A stretch of 64,000 bases of DNA from Dictyostelium discoideum. Its lineage: Eukaryota. Below the pieces are notes generated by a model, which worked only from the letters and a program-made list of their open reading frames with translations, made no database searches and had not been told where the DNA came from. The stretch spans positions 1,120,001-1,184,000 of the forward strand of contig CM000150.2 of the NCBI GenBank assembly GCA_000004695.1, read 5' to 3'. Shown one piece after another: positions 57,308 to 64,000 of the stretch. The position numbers and the translations under genes are program-made. Each line of letters begins with the position of its first letter. Positions within the stretch are counted from its first letter, which is position 1.

Positions 57308-58404
57308 TTACATTGGTGGAGGTGGTGGTGGGAAATCATTATGATCATAGAATTGAGATTGTGGACGAGCTGGTGGTGGTGGGAAATCATATGAGCCAAC
57401 TGGTGGTGGTGGTGGAGGTGGGAAATCATCACCAAGAGTTGGTGGTGGTGGTAAACCAAATGATGGTGGTGGTGGTAAATCTCCACCAGATGATGATGAT
57501 GATGGTGGTGGTGGTGGTGGGAAATCATTCGATGGGGCATTATTGTTTACAGAAGAAGGACGTTGTGAGGTTGGTGGTGGTGGTGGTACATTCATTACAG
57601 GTGGTGGTGGTGCGGCAGGTACTGATAATGATGGTGGTGGTGGAGCATTTCCAACTCTTGGTGGTTGTTTTTGAATTGGTGGTGGTGTACCAGATGAAAT
57701 GGTTGGTTGACTTGAATAAGATGGTGATTGATAGGATGGTGTGGATGAGTTTGAAGTTGATGATGCAGCCAAATGACCACTTGATGATGTTAAATTAGCT
57801 GATGAATTTGAATGATTCAATGGTGGTGGAACTCCATTTTGATTAATATCAGATGCACTAATACCATAAGAAATTGGTTTATGTACATATTTAACAGGTG
57901 CCTTTGTTGCTTCTGTATCAACTTTTCTATTCTTTAATGATGATTTATATGGTTTTGCTGCATCTTGATTTGAAAATACATTTGTACCAGTTGAATCATG
58001 AATCATTCTTACTCTCTTAAAAATTTTTTTTTTTTTTTTTTTTCAAAATTTATAAATTAATATGGAATTATATAAAGAATATACTTATATATATATATAT
58101 ATGATAAACTTACTTGTGTTAAAGTTTGAATTTCAATATTTAATTTCTCCATTTCATTTGTTTGTAATTGTAATAGGGAAGTGATATGAGTACCAACAGT
58201 TTGAATATGATATGCTACATTTAATAATGCATTCTTTGCATAACCTTGAGTTTGTTCATATGCTTGAGCTGCATCACCATTGGCATATAATGATTTACAA
58301 TAAGCTGAAATTTGCTCCATCTTATTATGATTATCCATTAATTCTGCCATTGCATTTGGAATTGTGGTTTGTGAATAAACGTTAATATCGATTGATTCAC
58401 TCAT
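57308..58404 (-). CDS. abiA: Abi (Abl-interactor) subunit of the SCAR/WAVE complex, of the SH3-less Dictyostelium type. Two exons on the minus strand: 58404..58114 and 58015..57308.
   Basis: 'YCKSLYANGDAAQAYEQTQGYAKNALLNVAYHIQTVGTHITSLLQLQTNEMEKLNIEIQTLTQ' matches the Abi N-terminal homology region '[52 protein letters not shown]'. Donor GTAAGT after '...TLTQ' and acceptor 'ttaag'. Exon 2 is proline-rich (PPPPP runs) with no SH3 domain. Total ~333 aa. Confidence 0.8.
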
Positions 58405-58820
58405 TTTTTTATTTTTTTTATTTTTTTTTTTATTTTTTTATTTATTTATTTTGATTATTAAAAAAAAAAAAAAAAAAAAAAGGTTTGATATAATTTAAAT
58501 AAATATTATCTTTTTTTTTTAAATATATAAAAAAAAAAAAAACAAAATTTAAAAAGAATATCTAATAGAATACAAAGTTTGTGTGAGTGTAGTTTGATGA
58601 TGGAAAAAAAAAAAAAAAATAAAAAAAAAATTAAAAAAAAATTAAAAAAAAATTAAAAAAAAAAAAAAAAAAAAATTTTTTCACAAAAAAATTGGATTTT
58701 TTTTTTTAATGATAAACTATTTATTTTTTTCTTTTTCAATAATTTAATTTTATTTATTTTTAATTTGGAGTTAATATAGATAAATATAACCCTCCAAAAT
58801 CCACAAAATGATATGAAATA

Positions 58821-58852
<32 letters not shown>

Positions 58853-59369
58853 TGTTAATAAAAATTCTTTAAATCTATTTTTATTATTTTTTATTAGGCT
58901 CTGTTATTTTTAAATTTTATCCTCATTTGTTGTTTTTTTTTATTTTTTTATTTTAATTCCAAAAATAGATATATATTAATTTATAGTTCAATTGATAAAA
59001 AATAATCTTTTCCAAATTAAAAAAAAAAAAAATTTCTAAAAAACCTTTTTCCTTTTTTATTTTCCATAATAATTTAAAATCCTTTTTGAGAGCAAATCAA
59101 TAAAAATTAAAAATTTATTTGTCAAATTTTGAATGTTTTGTCAAAAATAATAACAAATTTTAAAAAAGTAATTTTTTATTTTTTAGATTAAAACTAATAA
59201 TTCCTCTAAAATTTTTCCCTCCAAATTTTTTAATTTTTTTTTTTTTAATTTTTTTTTTTCTGAAAATTAAAATGTCAGTTCTTTTTTTTTTTTTTTTTTT
59301 TTCCATTGGTTAATTATTGGTAATTTATTTCTTAATTTTATAAAGAGAGAATAATAATAATAATAGTAA

Positions 59370-59763
59370 ATGGCAGATAGTGTTACTATTGGACAGCTAG
59401 AGAAGCTATCAGTTCAATGCGATAAAGAGAATCAACATGTTGAAAATAAAGAGAATAATATTAATAGTGATAATATTAATTTATTAGAAGCCACTAAAAC
59501 AACATTACCAATTCCAAACACATCAAATACAAACCCACCAATGAATCAATCATCATCACCAACAACAACAACAACTACACCAACAACAACAACTACACCA
59601 ACCACTGCAGAACCAGCAAAAAAAAGAAAAATATTTGCAAAATTACATTTATTAAATAGAGATGGATCTGTTAAAAATTATTTCGAAATGAAAAAAACAA
59701 AACTTATAATTGGATCGTATGTTTTTTAATTTTTTTTAAAAATTTTTAACTTATTCATATGCT

Positions 59764-59794
<31 letters not shown>

Positions 59795-61659
59795 CTTCAA
59801 TACATACACAATATAGTGATACAGAATTAGCAGATATTCAAGTTGTAAGACCAGGAATTTATCCAAAACATGTAGAGATTATTTATGATAAAGAGAAAAA
59901 GAAATTCTATTTAAATCCATTAATTGATCCAAAAGATTCTGATAATGTTAGACTTAATTTCGTACCATTCCTTCATAAGAAAGAAGTACTTGGTAATGGT
60001 GATATAATATCCATTGGTTTTAGATCAATTAAAATGGAATTCATTGAAAAAGTTACAGTCGATCAATTGGTTCAACCTGAAAAACAATATATCCCTTCAA
60101 ATACTCCAACATGTATTACTAATACTCCAATTCAAACTCCACCAACTACCTCGCCACCTTCTTCAACAACTACAAATAAAAAAGATAATACTTCAACCAA
60201 TGTAACCAAAAAGCCAATCGCTACAGTACCATCTACCACTACATCTACTAAGAAATCATCTGTTGTTCCAGAATCTAAGCCAGCAACTAAAACTATCACC
60301 AAAGAAACACCAAAACCAACAAAAACAACAACAACAACAACTGTTACTACATCAAAACCAACAGTTAAACCAACAGCAGTTAAAAAGAGTATTAATGATG
60401 ATGATTATGGAGATGATTATAATGAAGAAGAAGATGATGATGATGAGGAAGAAGAGGAAGAGGAAGAGGAAGAGGAAGAAGAAGAAGAGGTAGAATCAAA
60501 ACAAATTAAAGTAGTAAATTCAAAACCAAATGATGATGATATGTCATGTAAAAAACCTATGAAATATACAAACACAAATGAAGAGATGAGAAAGAGTTTA
60601 GCTAGCAATGTAGGTGGAATTAACTCAAAGATTATTAGTAAAGGTGATAGTGTTAGAAATCTATTACCAATATCAAGTAGAAGACCAACTGCACCAGTAA
60701 CACCAACAAAACCAACTTCAACAAAAAAAGTAACAACACCAAAGAAAGCAACAGTAGTAAAACCACCAAAAGAATCAAAAGTACCAAAAGTACCAAAAGT
60801 ACCAAAGGTACCAAAGGCAGCCGTAGTAGCTTCAATTGATGAAAATGGAAAAGAAGATTATATTAGATTGATTTCATTTAAAAAAGCAAAAGATATCGTT
60901 AAAGCATTCCAAAGTCATGAGAAATTGGTTAAAAGTAAGAATAATGGACATGGTAATATTTCAAATGAAAAGAAGGAGATATTAAAATGTTTTGAAGTTT
61001 TAGATCAAATCAATTGGAGATTATCAACTGATAAACCTGGTGATTCAAGACCAATTTCAAGTTATTTCAAAAATATTCCAAGTTTATCTGAATTTGATTC
61101 TGAACTCTTAACGGATTATTACTCAATGATTTCAGAACCAATGTCCATAAATTCAATACTCTCTTCAGTAATTTATACAGCAGATTATAACATCGATAAT
61201 TGTTTAGATGATTTTAATCAAGTCTTGGAGAATTCAATGACCTACAATTCTGAAAATTCTATCATCTATTGGTTAGCTCATTATTGTAAAATAGAATTAT
61301 ATAAAGCACTCTCCAATTCAGGTATAATTCAAAATAAATTATATTTAGATATTAAAAAAGATTCTGAAACTTTCCTTAAATCAATTGGTACTCAATTAAA
61401 AGGTGATGGTATTTCTTTGCCTCAAATAATTGCTCAATCTGTTTCAAAAAATAAAGAACAAACTGTACCACAGGAAGAAGATGAGGAAGAGGAAGAAGAG
61501 GAAGAAGAGGAAGAAGAGGAGGAAGAAGAAGGGGAAGAAGGTAAAGAAGATGAAGAGGAGGAAGAAAAAGAAGAAGAGGAAGGGGAAGAAAATGAAGAAG
61601 AAGAAGATGTTGAAATTGATGATTGTGAAATAGATCAAGAATCTGATGATGATCAATAA
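59370..61659 (+). CDS. FHA-domain plus bromodomain protein with a long poly-Glu/Asp acidic tail. Two exons: 59370..59716 and 59817..61659.
   Basis: Donor GTATGT at 59717 and acceptor 'atatag' at 59816, phase 2. The FHA-like segment is 'DIQVVRPGIYPKHVEIIYDKEKKKFYLNPL...LGNGDIISIGFRS'. The bromodomain-like segment is 'RPISSYFKNIPSLSEFDSELLTDYYSMISEPMSINSIL...DFNQVLENSMTYNSENSIIYWLAHYCKIELYKAL'. The tail is (GAA/GAG)n. Confidence 0.65.
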
Positions 61660-62042
61660 AAGCAGCAAATAATATATTTTAGCTATTATTAATATTTTCA
61701 TTTTTTTTATAACAGGAAAAAAAAAAAAAATAATGATGGATAATAAAATTTAAATTCATATGTAAAAAAAAAAAGATTAGATTAAAAATAAAAGTAAAAA
61801 ATGAAAAATAAAAAAAAAAAAAAAAAAAAAAAAATAAATTTCGATACATTGTCACATAAAAAAAAAGAAAAAAAATTTTGTACTATTTTTTTAAAACCAC
61901 CAATTCAAACACACACACACACACACTCCACCATTATAGTAATTGTTATTATAATTGATCCTATTTTTATTATTACTATAATTAAAAGATTAAGGATAAT
62001 TATAAAAAAAAAAAAGAACTTAATAATAATAAAAGGAGTAAA

Positions 62043-62083
<41 letters not shown>

Positions 62084-62085
<2 letters not shown>

Positions 62086-64000
62086 GGCATCAACAGCAAA
62101 ACCAAATATTGGAATTCTAATAGCAACTCAATTAGTTTCAGTTATTGGTGATTCTTTTGGTCAAAGATGTAAAAATTTATTAAATATTTTAAATTTTTAA
62201 TTCCGATATTGTTAATAATTAATTATTAATTATTAATATAATTAATTTTTTTATTTTTATTTTTTTAATTTTTTTATTTTTATTTTTTTATTTTTTTTTA
62301 TTATTTAAAAAATAATGATAATTAATTTAGGTAGTCGTGTAAATTATAAACATTCTACACGTCATATGATGATTGGGTTATGTTTAATGACAGCAGTTCA
62401 AATGTTTATTATTATGGGTATATTACAATTATCATTACCAACATCAATTACAGGTGCGATCTATATTAATAATGCTAAAGTTGATTGTTATAAAGAATTG
62501 GATATTGAGGGTAAAATTATGGATTGTACACCTTTGAATTGTACTATCATACCTTGTAAATCACAAGGTCCATTTTCAATTTTTAGATCAATTTCTTTAC
62601 ATCCTTTCCTATTAACTAATGGTTTAATGAATATTAGTATGTAAAATATTTAGAGAAATATATAATTATTATTAATTATTAATATTCTTGTAAAAAAAAA
62701 AAAAAAAAATCAATAGTTTATTATAATGGTGAAGTATTTTTATATAAAGAACCATTAGGTTTATTATTTTTAGTTATATCAGCTTTATCATCAACTTTTT
62801 TAATCAATCCATTGAATATTATTTTTGGTGAACCAATAAATCAACCAATACCATTTTTAATGTATGTATATATAAATAACAGATTGGTTAATATTAATAT
62901 TAATAATAATAATAATAATAAATAATTATAGTTATCTTTTTGGTATAGGTGGTTCAATTTTATCAGTTATTGAATTTACACCTAAAAAGAAGAAAATAGA
63001 AATAGAAGAGGAAGAAGAGAAAAAGAAACTTTTAGATAATAATAATAATAATATTAATAATGGTTTAGGTGGTGCTGATAAACAGCCACTATTATTAAAT
63101 AATGATGATAAAGATATTGAATTTTTAGATGAAAGCTATAATGAAGGTGCAGTATCTTCAAATACTCATTTTAGAAATAAGCAAAAAGTGCAATCAATTG
63201 AAAATATTGATGATTCATCCTCTTCTCAATCATCAAATAATAATAATAATAATAATAACCAAAATACAGAAATTGAAGAAAAAGAGATATCACACCAACA
63301 ACAACAACAACAACATGTAATAATTGAAAATAGTATTAATAACAATTCTGAAACAAGTGTAAATAGTAATGAAAAAAGTAAAGGAATTGAAATTGGTAAA
63401 ATTATAATTCGTGCTATTAAAATATTCATTCCACTTGTAATGTTGGCAATTGCCAATGCACTTTGGATGGAAACAAGTCTTTTCTATAATGGTAATTGTT
63501 CTTTTTATTTTTATTTTTTTTTTTATTTAATTTAATTTAATTTTATTAAATATAATATATTAATATTTTTATTTATTTTATTTTATTTCATTTATTTGTT
63601 TTAATTAGATCAATTTAGAACCAATGCATTTGGATATAATTCATTAGATCAAACTTTATTACCATTTTATTTATTCCCATTTATGATATTGATTGATTTT
63701 GTGAAACCATTGAAAAGAACATTTTTAAATGATAGTGATCAAAATGAATCATTGGTTCAAGCTGTAAAATCAACTTGGAAAGAATCAAATTTATTAACTT
63801 TATTCATTTATAGACTTTTAATTAATGGTAGAGCAATTGTATGTATTAAATTATTTTATTTTATTTTATTTTGTTTTTTAAAATTTAATGATTTGTATTA
63901 ATTAATTTGATTTATTTGATTTTATTTGGTTTATTTAGATGTATTTTTATTTAGCAATTGAATATGATTTAACTATGGTTTATTTAGAATCAACATTAGT
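62084..64000 (+). CDS. Multi-pass membrane protein, possibly of the DMT/SLC35F/CRT-like transporter type, with the 3' end beyond the window. Exons: 62084..62168, 62331..62636, 62717..62861, 62932..63491, 63609..63838, 63939..>64000.
   Basis: Donors GTAAAA, GTATGT, GTATGT, GTAATT and GTATGT with AG acceptors, phases checked (1, 1, 2, 1, 0). Hydrophobic segments alternate with a long N/E-rich loop. The family call is a guess. Confidence 0.5.

Noticed and set aside
57253-57798. Plus-strand ORF (181 aa) rich in V/H/M opposite abiA.
   Set aside because: It is antisense to the poly-Pro region of Abi and has no homology.

Overview
This window is a gene-dense, roughly 80% AT stretch of Dictyostelium-type social-amoeba nuclear DNA. 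It shows long poly(A)/poly(T) intergenic tracts, (AAT)n, (CAA)n and (GAAGAT)n microsatellites that encode poly-N, poly-Q and poly-D/E runs, and short AT-rich introns with GTAAGT/GTATGT donors and AG acceptors. About 30 protein-coding genes can be supported on both strands, several with introns placed by hand. They are:
- GLE1 (5' end outside the window)
- a Na+/K+-type P-type ATPase
- Sep15 selenoprotein with an in-frame TGA and a SECIS-like hairpin
- a TMEM144-like transporter
- two tandem FNIP-repeat protein kinases
- three HssA/2C/7E-like small genes
- a large acidic/SR-rich orphan gene
- rab24
- a GRAM/VASt lipid-transfer protein
- ubiquilin
- WASH-complex subunit CCDC53
- coatomer epsilon
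- a PDI-like thioredoxin protein
- a Bin3/MePCE methyltransferase
- Abi (SCAR complex)
- an FHA+bromodomain protein
- a multi-pass membrane protein (3' end outside the window)
No tRNA, rRNA or CRISPR features were seen. The most unusual part is the first 6.5 kb. It holds a Harbinger/PIF-type DDE transposase remnant, a ~2.9-kb segment bounded by ~115-bp direct repeats that carries a ricin-B lectin gene split by a perfect 19-bp tandem duplication, and inverted pseudogene fragments of the large gene that lies 28 kb away. Other points worth a second look are a non-AT-rich island at 46.2-48.1 kb with degenerate ORFs, and a GC-rich island at 32.8-32.96 kb.
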